Positions 18,595 to 28,265 of a DNA stretch of 64,000 nucleotides are shown piece by piece. Position 1 is the stretch's first letter. Every line of letters begins with the position of its first letter. The position numbers and the translations under genes were made by a program. The notes below the pieces were generated by a model. It had not been told where the DNA came from and made no database searches. It saw nothing but the letters and a program-made list of their open reading frames with translations. This DNA is from Terriglobia bacterium (GTDB taxonomy: Bacteria > Acidobacteriota > Terriglobia > 20CM-2-55-15): contig CBDCFM010000018.1 of NCBI GenBank assembly GCA_965216035.1, positions 256,134-320,133 of the forward strand, read 5' to 3'.

Positions 18595-19497
18595 CTAGTT
18601 GCCGCTGCTTTCGGCCTCCATTACGGAGAACAGATTTTCGACCTCATGAACAGGAGCCTGTGTCGGATACTCGTTGCGGTGTCGTTGCAAGAGGGCCTCC
18701 GCCTCATCTATCCGTCCACAACAATGAAGAACCTGGACTCGCAGTGTGACGGCCGTCTCCTCGACGTTGCCGCTCAACGGAAAGCGGCTCTCAAGAAGAT
18801 CCAATTGCACGAGCGCCTCTTCAAACCTCTCTTGGCTGGCCAGGCAGAGCGCGACATTGTAGTGGCTCTCAACGGTATGGCCTTCGATGTTTTCAGGATC
18901 GAGCTCGATCACCTTCTCAAAGTGGACGGCCGCCTTGATGTAGTTGTTCCGGTTTAAATACTTTTCGGCCAGAGCGTGTCGAGCAGGAACGGAATCGGGC
19001 TGTGCCTCAACTGCGGCCCTCAGGTTCCCAAGAGAATCGGGACTGTCAACAAACGACTCAAAAGTTTCCCGGAAGTCGGCGGCAGGTACGAAGCGGTCGA
19101 CTCTCTCAATTTCCTCTCCGCGACTGTCCAGGAGCAAAATCGTGGGATAAACCAGAATGGCGAAGTCTTTCTGGAATCGTTTGCCGTCTTCTTCAGTTTC
19201 GGTATTCAGCTTCAGCCAGACGTATTCTGCCGCCATCTCCTCAATCAGTTCCGGCGCGACAAACGTTTCCGCGTCCATCCTCTTGCAGATCACACACCAG
19301 TCCGTGAACCCGTAGGCAATGATAAGTTTGTCTTCCGCACCCGCTCTTTCGACAGCGTTCTCGTAGTCTCTTTCCCAGCTAATGCTCGAAGGGCTGGCGT
19401 GGGTTGTGACAACAGCCACAGCGGCCACAGCGACTGCAGACAGGACCATACCTGCCAGCAGCGAAAATCTGACACTGAGAAGCTTTTTGCTTAACAT
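18595..19497 (-). CDS. thioredoxin-like fold protein with C-terminal TPR repeats, secreted
   Basis: Signal peptide MLSKKLLSVRFSLLAGMVLSAVAVAA. Thioredoxin-like motif in IIAYGFTDWCVICKRMD (WCxxCK). C-terminal TPR-like repeats (KAAVHFEKVIELDPENIEGH...). Confidence 0.65.
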   Translation of the reverse strand: MLSKKLLSVRFSLLAGMVLSAVAVAAVAVVTTHASPSSISWERDYENAVERAGAEDKLIIAYGFTDWCVICKRMDAETFVAPELIEEMAAEYVWLKLNTETEEDGKRFQKDFAILVYPTILLLDSRGEEIERVDRFVPAADFRETFESFVDSPDSLGNLRAAVEAQPDSVPARHALAEKYLNRNNYIKAAVHFEKVIELDPENIEGHTVESHYNVALCLASQERFEEALVQLDLLESRFPLSGNVEETAVTLRVQVLHCCGRIDEAEALLQRHRNEYPTQAPVHEVENLFSVMEAESSGN

Positions 19498-19870
19498 TGA
19501 GATGTTCTCCCGGAGATATTCTCCCGAGCCTTACCCGCGGCACACCGCTGGTTTCTTGCCCAAAACGCAGCAGCCCCTGCTGCACAACGTCCGGTTCCGA
19601 TCACTCATGGGGCAGTCGTCCGGGCGGCAGAAGTCCTTTTACCGTTGGAGCTAGTTTGTCAGAATACCTTCGATTTAGCAAAGCCAAATCGAAAACGATC
19701 GGTCAGGAATAAACGTCCGCGAGGCGTTCGTGCCGCCAATATGCCATTGTCGGTTCGTGGGGACATTGGAATGAATGCCCCCCGCCTGACAACGAACGTG
19801 TTGCGTGCTGTTACTTCGGCCACTAACAGTTCGAAGCAAGGATTGAAAACAGAACGTTTTTAGGACCAGT

Positions 19871-20887
19871 CTACCGGCTTTGCGACGGCCGAAGGTCAAA
19901 ACCGAAAGCCACATGAAAACGCGTGTCGGGCCGCACCTGACCAACGTTGGTGGACCGCCGCCCGTGCCAGTTCTCATACATCGGAACGTGGACGCGTCCC
20001 TGGACGAACCATGATCCAGGCAGATTGACCCGAACACCGGGCGTGAAATCCAACCAGTCGCCTCCCGTGTTCAGAACGGTTTCGCCCTCGAGCAACCGTC
20101 CCGGAACGTCACTGCCCCGGGTCCGATCATGCCCGACAGAGTTGGACGCAACCCCCACCAATGCTACGAGCCCGGCTTGTGAAGTCTGACCCAGAGGAAT
20201 TTCGACACCACCTTGGATTCGATGCTCATTTCCAAATTTGCAGTCGAATTTGTTCTCGGCGACCGGCAATCTCGAAAGCCAGTTCCCGTACACTTGCACA
20301 CGTCCTAGTGACCGGAAATAATTCATCCCCACAAGCACGTCCTCGGTTCCGGAACCTGACTGGAACGGGTTGGGCAGCTTGCTCCCTCCTCCGGGATCCT
20401 CGACGTCGCCAGTCGCGAACTTGAAGCCAAACCGGGCGGTGACCCGGTTCTGCGACAGCGGACTCAGCAGGGAAAAATTATTGATCACCGCAATGTCGCC
20501 GAGGCCATCGGCGCGGCGTTGCCCGAATCGCCTGTTGTTCTGAGTCTTCCGCACCCACGGTGTCAATACGTCTATCGACCACCGTTCCGTCAAAAGGACG
20601 TTTACGTCGAGAGTCAGGATGTTGACGATCGCGGAGGCGTTTCCAGGATTCGCAACCGTGTCGGATCCCTCATAATAGCCGTCCAGATTTGCGTATTCAT
20701 TGGTGACGAAGAATCGAAATCGCCCCAAATCTGAGCCGACCCGCCCCGGATTGATCACCTCCTCGGGGACACAGAACGACCCACAGCCACCCTGGGCGAA
20801 TGACACCTCCGGCGTCGCGGTCATGGCGGCAAAGACTCCGAAGCCGATCCAGGCCGCGCACAGCATTCTCTTGGTCAAATTTGTCAT
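19871..20887 (-). CDS. putative outer-membrane beta-barrel protein
   Basis: Start moved to MTNLTKRMLCAAWIGFGVFAAMTATPEVSFAQ (signal peptide; cat at 20885-20887). Alternating hydrophobic beta-strand pattern and a C-terminal aromatic region (FHVAFGF). Resembles MetA-pathway/transporter-like barrels but is not verified. Confidence 0.5.
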   Translation of the reverse strand: MTNLTKRMLCAAWIGFGVFAAMTATPEVSFAQGGCGSFCVPEEVINPGRVGSDLGRFRFFVTNEYANLDGYYEGSDTVANPGNASAIVNILTLDVNVLLTERWSIDVLTPWVRKTQNNRRFGQRRADGLGDIAVINNFSLLSPLSQNRVTARFGFKFATGDVEDPGGGSKLPNPFQSGSGTEDVLVGMNYFRSLGRVQVYGNWLSRLPVAENKFDCKFGNEHRIQGGVEIPLGQTSQAGLVALVGVASNSVGHDRTRGSDVPGRLLEGETVLNTGGDWLDFTPGVRVNLPGSWFVQGRVHVPMYENWHGRRSTNVGQVRPDTRFHVAFGFDLRPSQSR

Positions 20888-21205
20888 ATCCCTTGCATCC
20901 TTTAGGTTTTGCATTTCATCGTTGTCTGGCCACGATTCAGCGCGATCACCATGTTCAGATTGATGAAAACGTGGAACCGAAATCCAATCCAACCGCATTC
21001 CCCCGGACACCGGTGGAGTTCCGACCTCCAGACCGACAACACCGATCAAAGGCCTGAGCCTTTCACATCAGGCTCAGACCGACGCGAATCCGCCAGCGAA
21101 TTTGGCAAACCCGGTTGCTGACCTCAGCGCAGAAACTGGTGACACGGGCGAACCACACCTCGCCCATGCCGCCTGTTCCAGTGGCGAAGGTCGCGATTGC
21201 TTGAT

Positions 21206-21574
21206 TTAGGTTTTTGGAGGAGGTGTCCGCTTGGACAGAGGCGGGGGTGAATACAAAGATACAAGTTCCGAAAGCGGTTCGCGAATTATGGGTAACTGGA
21301 ATCCGGCCTCACCGGAGGGACACCCTGCGGCCAGGCCCAGTTCGAACACGACGATGCCTGCGCCGCTACTGGAGAGGACGCAAACCGGCTCTGGACCCGC
21401 TATCATACTCATCATACGGCACATTTTGCCATCGCACCGGCCGGGAACGCCCTCTGAGACCATGGCAGCTAGGTCGGTTTCCTCTGTAAATGATTCAGGC
21501 TCGTCGCAGACCATCGCCAGTCCGCTAAGGACCATCGGCAGTAAGAGGAACGAAGCTGCACCTTTGCGAAACAT
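21206..21574 (-). CDS. candidate small Cys-rich secreted protein (low confidence)
   Basis: 122 aa ORF in the 0.9 kb divergent intergenic region. Signal-peptide-like N-terminus MFRKGAASFLLLPMVLSGLAMV and 7 Cys. No RBS and no homology recognised. Confidence 0.2.
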   Translation of the reverse strand: MFRKGAASFLLLPMVLSGLAMVCDEPESFTEETDLAAMVSEGVPGRCDGKMCRMMSMIAGPEPVCVLSSSGAGIVVFELGLAAGCPSGEAGFQLPIIREPLSELVSLYSPPPLSKRTPPPKT

Positions 21575-21780
21575 CGTTGGGACTATTTATATTGCTGTCC
21601 CATTTGTCAAGCCAACGGAGTCGAGGGACCCGCCCTCGCTTTCCGGGCGTGTTTTCGAAAATCCGACGGAAATGGGGCAGGCCCTCGATTCGATCCAACT
21701 GGAATTCAGGGACGGGTCGTGATACTAAGGTACAGCTTTCTGAAACACGTTATTTTCACCAATTAGAAGGGAGAACTGTG

Positions 21781-22542
21781 ATGAGTGACTATGCCCCGAT
21801 CGCGCAGACCATTACGGAATCGCTAGGACTTCGGGTCGCTCCTGTCGCCGTCTGCATGACCGACGAACCACCGGAGGGAATTCCCAGTCCCGCGAAAGCA
21901 GTCCCGGCCGGGTGTGCGTTCTGGGAGCTGGGAGCGGAGGCCGCATTTGTGACCGCTCCAAAGGACCATGCAAACTGCAGCATCGGGATGCACACACATC
22001 ACATGGCCCTTTCGTCGGCCTCAGAGGAAGACTTGAACGACAGTTTGAAGGTTTTTGGGGATCTGGGCTATGTCCGCCCCGAGGACATTCCCGGGATTCC
22101 CGTATTGGAGGAAGAGGCGAAATATGTCGTCTACGCGCCGCTCGGCTCGACCCCGGTGCCGCCGTCGGCGGTTCTCTTGTTCGCGAATTCCAGGCAAAGC
22201 CTGGCCATCGCTGAAGCGGTCCAGCAGGTGGAGCCCAGTGTCCCGCCGGCGCTGGGGCGGCCGGCCTGCGGCGTGATACCCCAGGCCATCAATACGGGCA
22301 ATGCGGCGCTGAGCCTGGGATGCTGCGGCGCGCGCGCCTATCTGGATGTGCTCACCGACGACTTCGCTCTTTGGGCATTGCCGGGAGCCAAAATCGAGGA
22401 ATACGCCGCACGGATCAAAGTGCTGGCGGAAGCCAATACGCTTCTGACCCAGTTCCACGAACTCCGGCGCGAAGATGTCGCATCGGGAAAGTCGCCGAGC
22501 GTGAAAGAATCCTTGGGCCGCCTTCAGGATGCAGGCAAGTAA
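21781..22542 (+). CDS. DUF169 domain-containing protein
   Basis: Start at MSDYAPIA (ATG 21781; the ORF track extension to 21577 is rejected). Motifs RVAPVAVCMTDEPPEG, AGCAFWE, DHANCSIGMHTH, PACGVIPQAINTG and SLGCCGARAYL fit DUF169 as remembered. Confidence 0.6.
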   Translation: MSDYAPIAQTITESLGLRVAPVAVCMTDEPPEGIPSPAKAVPAGCAFWELGAEAAFVTAPKDHANCSIGMHTHHMALSSASEEDLNDSLKVFGDLGYVRPEDIPGIPVLEEEAKYVVYAPLGSTPVPPSAVLLFANSRQSLAIAEAVQQVEPSVPPALGRPACGVIPQAINTGNAALSLGCCGARAYLDVLTDDFALWALPGAKIEEYAARIKVLAEANTLLTQFHELRREDVASGKSPSVKESLGRLQDAGK

Positions 22543-22707
22543 AAGGCCGGCGAAAGCCGGATGTGGGTTCTTGTCAACTTTGGGAGCTCTCTGTGAGCGC
22601 CCTATCAATTTTCAAAGAACGTCACGACCCGAAAGCCGGAAAGCGCCGCATCCGGTGATTGTCGGTATGCCACTGCTAAACGCCGATCTTGAGGGGAGGT
22701 AGATCCA

Positions 22708-25188
22708 ATGAGCCAGGATAGCGGTAAGCCGAAAATCGAGTCCACACCGCTGCATTCGATCGTGATCAATCAACCCATGGTCCGGGATTATTCCACCGGC
22801 GGCGGTCACGGTCCCGAAGATACGCTCGTTGAAGGCGACGATCAGATCGTCACAAAGAAATGGCAGGGTTACCCGCCAACGAATCTAAATGTGGTCGGCA
22901 ATCCCATACCTCCGATGCCTGAGGTGGCGATACCGCGGTTCACGGGAAAAGCGTTGTATGCGACCCGAGTTTGGTTCCCCGACCTACTCTATTTGAAGTG
23001 CCTCCCATCCCCGCATCCCTACGCCAGGGTCCGGACGATGGACGTTTCACGCGCGGAGCGGATGCCGGGTGTCGCCTACATCCTCATTCCCGGGAACGCA
23101 CCGACTACCTATCCGCTGCCGGACGAACTCTTCTTCCAGGGTGAAGTCGTCGCCATTGTTGCGGCCGAGACGGAGGATCTGGCTGCGGACGCCGTTGCCG
23201 CGATCGGCGTGGAGTACGAGGTTCTTCCTTTCGCATCGAATCTCGCTCAGGTGATGGCGGCGGACGCGCCAGATCTCAATGAAGGCAGAGGCAACTTCAC
23301 CACTGTGGAGTCCGAATTCGGGGATGTAGAGAGAGGATTTCAGGAAGCGGATGTCGTCCGGGAATTTACCTACTATTTTGCGGGTGGAGAAATCGTTCCC
23401 ATCCAGCCCTGCGGCAGCGTCGCCCGCTGGGAGGGCGACCAGCTGACTCTATGGGGCATGAGTCAGGGAATCTATCCGCAACGCGCTGCTTTAGCCAGGA
23501 GGCTGGGTATCGACGAGTCCAATATCCGCTACATCAATAAGTGGAACGGCTGCTCCTTCGGCGGCGCGAGACAGGGGTCGGAGAAGTTCTATCCCTGGGT
23601 TGCCCACATCGCCAAAATGGTTGGACGCCCGGTCAAGTTGATGCTTCCCAAGGATAACGAACTGGCGCACATGCAGGTGAAGCCGGAGAATAGACAAAAA
23701 TTCAAGGTGGGTGCCACCCGTGACGGACGCATCATCGCCTGCCAGCGGGAGTTCTTCGTCAACTCTGGTGAGAGAGGAACAGGAGGCGGCGGCAGATCCG
23801 AGCTTTACCTCCACGTTGTTCCAAACTGGAAGGAGATAGGATTCCGGTACCGAACCAATTCGATGACTATCGGCCCGTCCCGGAGCAATATGCAGCAAGA
23901 GTTCAAGTGGGGCTGGGAACAGATGATGGACGAAATGGCGGAAGCCGTTGGAATAGACCCGGTCGAGTTCCGCTTGCTCAATGTCCAGAAGCCCGGGACA
24001 CGAGTCACTCACGACCAAGGGGGGCCGACTGTCAGCCCGATGCCCGAAAGTGAAAACGGAGCGCTCGTATACGATTCGTATGCATCGGTTGAGATTCTGG
24101 AGGAAGGCTCGAAGGCCATCGGATGGGATCGAAGAAATCCCGTGCCGGGTGGCAATCCCGGGAGATTCAAGAGGGGGTTTGGATTGGCGATGTCCCAGCA
24201 CCATGCGGGACGGGTGGGCTATCATTTTGCCGAGGTTGGCTACGACCGGATCACAACCGGCGATGGTCGGGGCGGTCGCGCCCCCTACAACGCTGAAATC
24301 GAACTCATGGCCGATGGCGAGATCATCCTGCACTTCGCCCAGCCCGACAGCGGAACAAATCACGGCACGTCGATGTCGGCGCTGGTTGCGGAGATACTGG
24401 GGTTCACCAGTCTGAATCAGATTCGAGTCGTGTGGGGTGACTCTGATATTGCACCTTCTGCGCCGGGGTGGAACAGCGGCCTCACCACGCAGTTACAGGG
24501 CGGGGCCTTAAACAGTGCAGCCGACCAGCTCCGGGGACATCTTCTCCAGCAGGCGGCAAGTCGCTTAAACGTCGATGCCGGCGCGCTGCAGATCCGCGAT
24601 GGCGTGATCTCATCCACAGCCGATCCCGAAATTCGGACCACCTTTGCGGAGCTTGCGAATGCCAACGGTGGTGTCATACGGCAAACGGGTAGTTGCGTTC
24701 ACCCGGGGTCCATAGGAAGAGCCATGAATCGCGGGATCGGGGCGTGCTTTGCCGAGGTCGAGGTCGACACGTGGACCGGCGATTGGCGTTTCATAAACGC
24801 GGCGTATTGCCACGACTCCGGGCAGGTGATCAACCCGTTGCTGGCTGAGGCCGACATGGGCGGATCCTTGATGCAGAGCACACAAGTGGCGACGGATGCC
24901 CTTCCGTGGGATCGGGAATTTCCCGGAACCCGCCACTACAGCGTCGGCTACCTGTCCTACCGGCTCCCGACGATCATGGATATCCCGGAACAGACCCAGA
25001 TATTCGTCAACAGCCTGGAGCCCCGCTGGTTCTTTGGGACAAAAGGCTTCGCGGAGACGGCCATCGGGGCCCCACCGGGCGCGTTGGCGAACGCGATTTA
25101 CAACGCGTGTGGAGTGCGAATCCGCGAGCATCCGATCACCCGCGACAAGATCATGGCGGGGTTGAAGGTGAGGGATGCGACGGCATGA
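22708..25188 (+). CDS. xanthine dehydrogenase / aldehyde oxidase family molybdopterin-binding subunit
   Basis: 826 aa. a/b-hammerhead-like N-terminus (RFTGKALYATRVWFPDLLYLKCLPSPHPYARV), Moco-binding region (CSFGGARQG) and C-terminal dimerisation domain (EVDTWTGDWRFINAAYCHDSGQVINPLLAEADMGGSLMQ). GAGG RBS upstream. Confidence 0.85.
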   Translation: MSQDSGKPKIESTPLHSIVINQPMVRDYSTGGGHGPEDTLVEGDDQIVTKKWQGYPPTNLNVVGNPIPPMPEVAIPRFTGKALYATRVWFPDLLYLKCLPSPHPYARVRTMDVSRAERMPGVAYILIPGNAPTTYPLPDELFFQGEVVAIVAAETEDLAADAVAAIGVEYEVLPFASNLAQVMAADAPDLNEGRGNFTTVESEFGDVERGFQEADVVREFTYYFAGGEIVPIQPCGSVARWEGDQLTLWGMSQGIYPQRAALARRLGIDESNIRYINKWNGCSFGGARQGSEKFYPWVAHIAKMVGRPVKLMLPKDNELAHMQVKPENRQKFKVGATRDGRIIACQREFFVNSGERGTGGGGRSELYLHVVPNWKEIGFRYRTNSMTIGPSRSNMQQEFKWGWEQMMDEMAEAVGIDPVEFRLLNVQKPGTRVTHDQGGPTVSPMPESENGALVYDSYASVEILEEGSKAIGWDRRNPVPGGNPGRFKRGFGLAMSQHHAGRVGYHFAEVGYDRITTGDGRGGRAPYNAEIELMADGEIILHFAQPDSGTNHGTSMSALVAEILGFTSLNQIRVVWGDSDIAPSAPGWNSGLTTQLQGGALNSAADQLRGHLLQQAASRLNVDAGALQIRDGVISSTADPEIRTTFAELANANGGVIRQTGSCVHPGSIGRAMNRGIGACFAEVEVDTWTGDWRFINAAYCHDSGQVINPLLAEADMGGSLMQSTQVATDALPWDREFPGTRHYSVGYLSYRLPTIMDIPEQTQIFVNSLEPRWFFGTKGFAETAIGAPPGALANAIYNACGVRIREHPITRDKIMAGLKVRDATA

Positions 25189-25762
25189 GTGTGGATGCGT
25201 CCGCATGCATAAGGCCGCGTCGGCATGAATGCCGTATGCCGCCGAAACCGGCCTCTTCGATTCTTGCAGCGATCATCACACCGCGCCATTCGAACTCTTT
25301 CAACGCCTCCCCTTGTTCGGCTATCAGAGGAACTCAGGAAGTCCCCTCCTGAATGCCTCCTACATCCACGAGATTGCCCGCCAGGGTACGCTCCCGGTGG
25401 CCCCCTCCCTGACGTCGATGACGCCGCCGAACAGGTGCTCGGTTGAGGGACGCTGTCCCTCCAGCCCCAACGCCAGCGGGGTCTCCTGCTCAGAGGCGAC
25501 CCGAACGTCTGCCACTGACCCGGGAGTTCGCTGAATCACGATTCCGGGCGTATGATTTCGGACTTCCCCCACCCCACCACGCAACCCGTAAATCGCTGGA
25601 AACCCTCGACCCGACGGGATCAATCAGGATATCGAGTTCGGGGAAAACCTTGAAAGCCGCACAGTGAAGCCGCGACATCTTCTGCCGAAGCGTCCAAAAT
25701 TGACAACGGCAGCAGTGGGCGATAGGATACGGCGAATCTAATTAGAATCGAGGAGTAACCAT

Positions 25763-26560
25763 ATGAGAGTCAGTCTTTTGTCCGTTGGCGTGGTTTCGTC
25801 ATTGCTGATTCTGGCCGCCTGCGCGCCAGCGCCGGAACCAGAAGTCTCAGTTGAGGCCGAACCCGCAGGCGGGTCGGGGCCGATGGTAAGCGGAGATCAC
25901 ATTGAGACAGACAGCGGAGACCTTGTTGTTCAACCCCTGAACCATGCTACGTTTGCGATGGCCTGGGACGGACAGACGATCTATGTGGATCCTGTCGGTG
26001 GGGCCGAGCTTTTCGAGGGGTTGCCGGCTCCGAATCTGATCTTGATTACCGACATACACGGGGATCATTTTGACGCCCCGACTCTCGAAGCGATTTCGGC
26101 CGCCGACACTTCAATCGTGGCTCCCGCGGCCGTAGTCGAGCAGCTGCCCGAAGAGCTGGCGTCACAGGCGAGCACGTTGGATAACGGGAGCCAGATGTCG
26201 TTGCTGGGTCTCACCGTAGATGCGATTCCGATGTACAACCTCACCGAAGATCGGCTGGCTTACCACGAACCGGGCCGCGGCAACGGGTATGTCTTAACGC
26301 TGGGTGGAAAGCGAGTCTATATCAGCGGCGACACGGAAGACATTCCGGAAATGCGCGCGCTGGAGAACATTGATGTGGCGTTCGTGTGTTTCAATCTGCC
26401 GTATACCATGACTGAGGAGCAGGCGGCGAGCGCCGTCGTCGAGTTTGCACCGGCGTCTGTGTACCCCTATCACTACGGTGAGAGCGATGTCGAGAGATTC
26501 GCCGCGCTGGTTGCTGAAGGGGGTGGCGATACGGAGGTGCTTCAGCGAACGTGGTACTAA
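25763..26560 (+). CDS. MBL-fold metallo-hydrolase (UlaG-like), lipoprotein
   Basis: Lipobox LLILAACAP. Block ILITDIHGDHFD and ISGDTEDIP. 265 aa. Confidence 0.65.
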   Translation: MRVSLLSVGVVSSLLILAACAPAPEPEVSVEAEPAGGSGPMVSGDHIETDSGDLVVQPLNHATFAMAWDGQTIYVDPVGGAELFEGLPAPNLILITDIHGDHFDAPTLEAISAADTSIVAPAAVVEQLPEELASQASTLDNGSQMSLLGLTVDAIPMYNLTEDRLAYHEPGRGNGYVLTLGGKRVYISGDTEDIPEMRALENIDVAFVCFNLPYTMTEEQAASAVVEFAPASVYPYHYGESDVERFAALVAEGGGDTEVLQRTWY

Positions 26561-26786
26561 CGTTGTACTGAAGAAACTCTAAAAACTCTGTCCGGCGTTC
26601 GGTCAAAGATACGCTCCCGGGCGCCTGAGGGTTCCGAGATGTCGCCCGAGGGTGCCCAAGGCTGCCTGCTCTCCGGAACTGAAGCGGAAATCGAACCGAC
26701 GGGTCGTACGTCAGTCGGAAAACGCAGGTGATTTTGGGAGCCGATCATCTGTTTCCAAAACCGGGTGTAAGGGTGTTCTGGGCATT

Positions 26787-28082
26787 CTACGGGGCCACGG
26801 ATTGCAGCCCGGCGGCCACCCCCTCCGTTTCCTGCCACACCCGCAGAAGGTTGCCTCCCCACAGCTTCGCGATGTGTTTGGAGGAATAGCCGTGGCGGAC
26901 CAACTCCAGGGTGACGTTGAAGGTCTCGCTCGCGTCGCTCCAACCCGCGACACCTCCACCACCATCGAAATCCGAACTGATGCCAACGTGGTCAATGCCG
27001 ATTAGGTTGACTGCGTAGTCGATATGATCAACAAAATCTGAAACGTTCGCCGGTGGAAACTGTTCGTCGATCTCCATCATCTGTTCGTCAAAAGCTGTCT
27101 TTTTCCGAGCGTAGTCGGCGCGGTCGGTTTCGGACATCCTTTCCATCCGCTGGGGTGTCATCGGACCCCGGGGCATGTTCATCTCTTCGCGAAGCCCTTC
27201 AATCGCGTGATCACGATCGGGATCAACCTTGATGAAATCGGCCAGCGCGACCGTCTGGATCACGCCGCCGCTTTCTTTCAAGGCCAGCAGCAGCTCGTCG
27301 TCCATGTTCCGGGAGACATCACTTAGGACCTTGATACTGGAGTGCGATGCGATCACGGGCGCCTGTGAGAGACGGGTGGCATCGAGCATCGCTTGCTTGG
27401 AGATGTGTGAGACGTCCACCATGATGCCCACGCGGTTCATCTCCGCGATGACCTTCTCTCCGAATGCACTGATGCCCCCGTGCTCGGATGCTGTATCGCC
27501 GAGTTCGGGATTTGGATTTGCCGAATCGCTGATGTCGTTGTGCCCGTTGTGGGCAAGCGTGATGTAGCGCGCGCCCAGGGCGTGATACGCCTCGACCAGG
27601 CCCAGATCTCGGCCGATCACCCACCCGTTCTCGATACCGATAGCCGCCACGCGCTTGCCCGATCGAGCGATCTGCCTCACGTCCTCGCTCGAATACGCCA
27701 GTTCGATCTGGTCGGGATACATCTGGTCCGTCATCCGATGGATCGCATCGAATTTCGTCATGGCCTGTTCCCTGGCGAATGCGTTACCCGCCGCGTCGCG
27801 TTCTCCCTGGCCGACATAGACGATGAAAAACCCAACGTCGAGACCGCCCGCGATCATCTTTGGGATATCGACCTGCCGGTCACCGCGCACGCCGGGGTCG
27901 ACTGCTTCGGTGGCGAAGTTAAACGGGATGTCGTCGTGGCTGTCGATCGTGAGGGTGCCCTCGTGGATTTCCCGAGCCAGGGCGACGATATCCTGTGTAC
28001 TGACAGTGGGGTTTTCGGGCCCGCCCGTGCCACACGCTGACATCGCAACGCTCCCCACCAACGCTAGCGATGATAGCCGCAT
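26787..28082 (-). CDS. membrane dipeptidase (peptidase M19 family), lipoprotein
   Basis: Lipobox VAMSACG. Motifs LTIDSHDDIPFNF, MVDVSHIS and ITLAHNGHNDISD are typical of the renal-dipeptidase family. Confidence 0.8.
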   Translation of the reverse strand: MRLSSLALVGSVAMSACGTGGPENPTVSTQDIVALAREIHEGTLTIDSHDDIPFNFATEAVDPGVRGDRQVDIPKMIAGGLDVGFFIVYVGQGERDAAGNAFAREQAMTKFDAIHRMTDQMYPDQIELAYSSEDVRQIARSGKRVAAIGIENGWVIGRDLGLVEAYHALGARYITLAHNGHNDISDSANPNPELGDTASEHGGISAFGEKVIAEMNRVGIMVDVSHISKQAMLDATRLSQAPVIASHSSIKVLSDVSRNMDDELLLALKESGGVIQTVALADFIKVDPDRDHAIEGLREEMNMPRGPMTPQRMERMSETDRADYARKKTAFDEQMMEIDEQFPPANVSDFVDHIDYAVNLIGIDHVGISSDFDGGGGVAGWSDASETFNVTLELVRHGYSSKHIAKLWGGNLLRVWQETEGVAAGLQSVAP

Positions 28083-28265
28083 AAGACCCTCAACCCCACG
28101 GGGCTCCCAGGAAGAAGGGATGGTTGCCGTATTCTACGACGCAGTACCTCACATTCACCGCCTTACTGCAGGTGCCGTCTATGACCGCAGAAAACTCCCC
28201 AGCACCTCGTGTGGTCACAGACCGCAGTTCAGGTGTCTTGACCGGCCGTTTAGAAAATCAGCTGC

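Noticed and set aside
21577-21780. Upstream extension of the DUF169 ORF
   Set aside because: The extension is low-complexity. Homology-like sequence begins at MSDYAPIA (21781).
23491-24363. 290-aa minus-strand ORF
   Set aside because: Inside and antisense to the xanthine dehydrogenase Mo-subunit gene.
28083-28265. Candidate terminator CCCCACGGGG downstream of amt
   Set aside because: Stem of only 4 bp with a 2-nt loop and no convincing U-tract. Not reported as a terminator.
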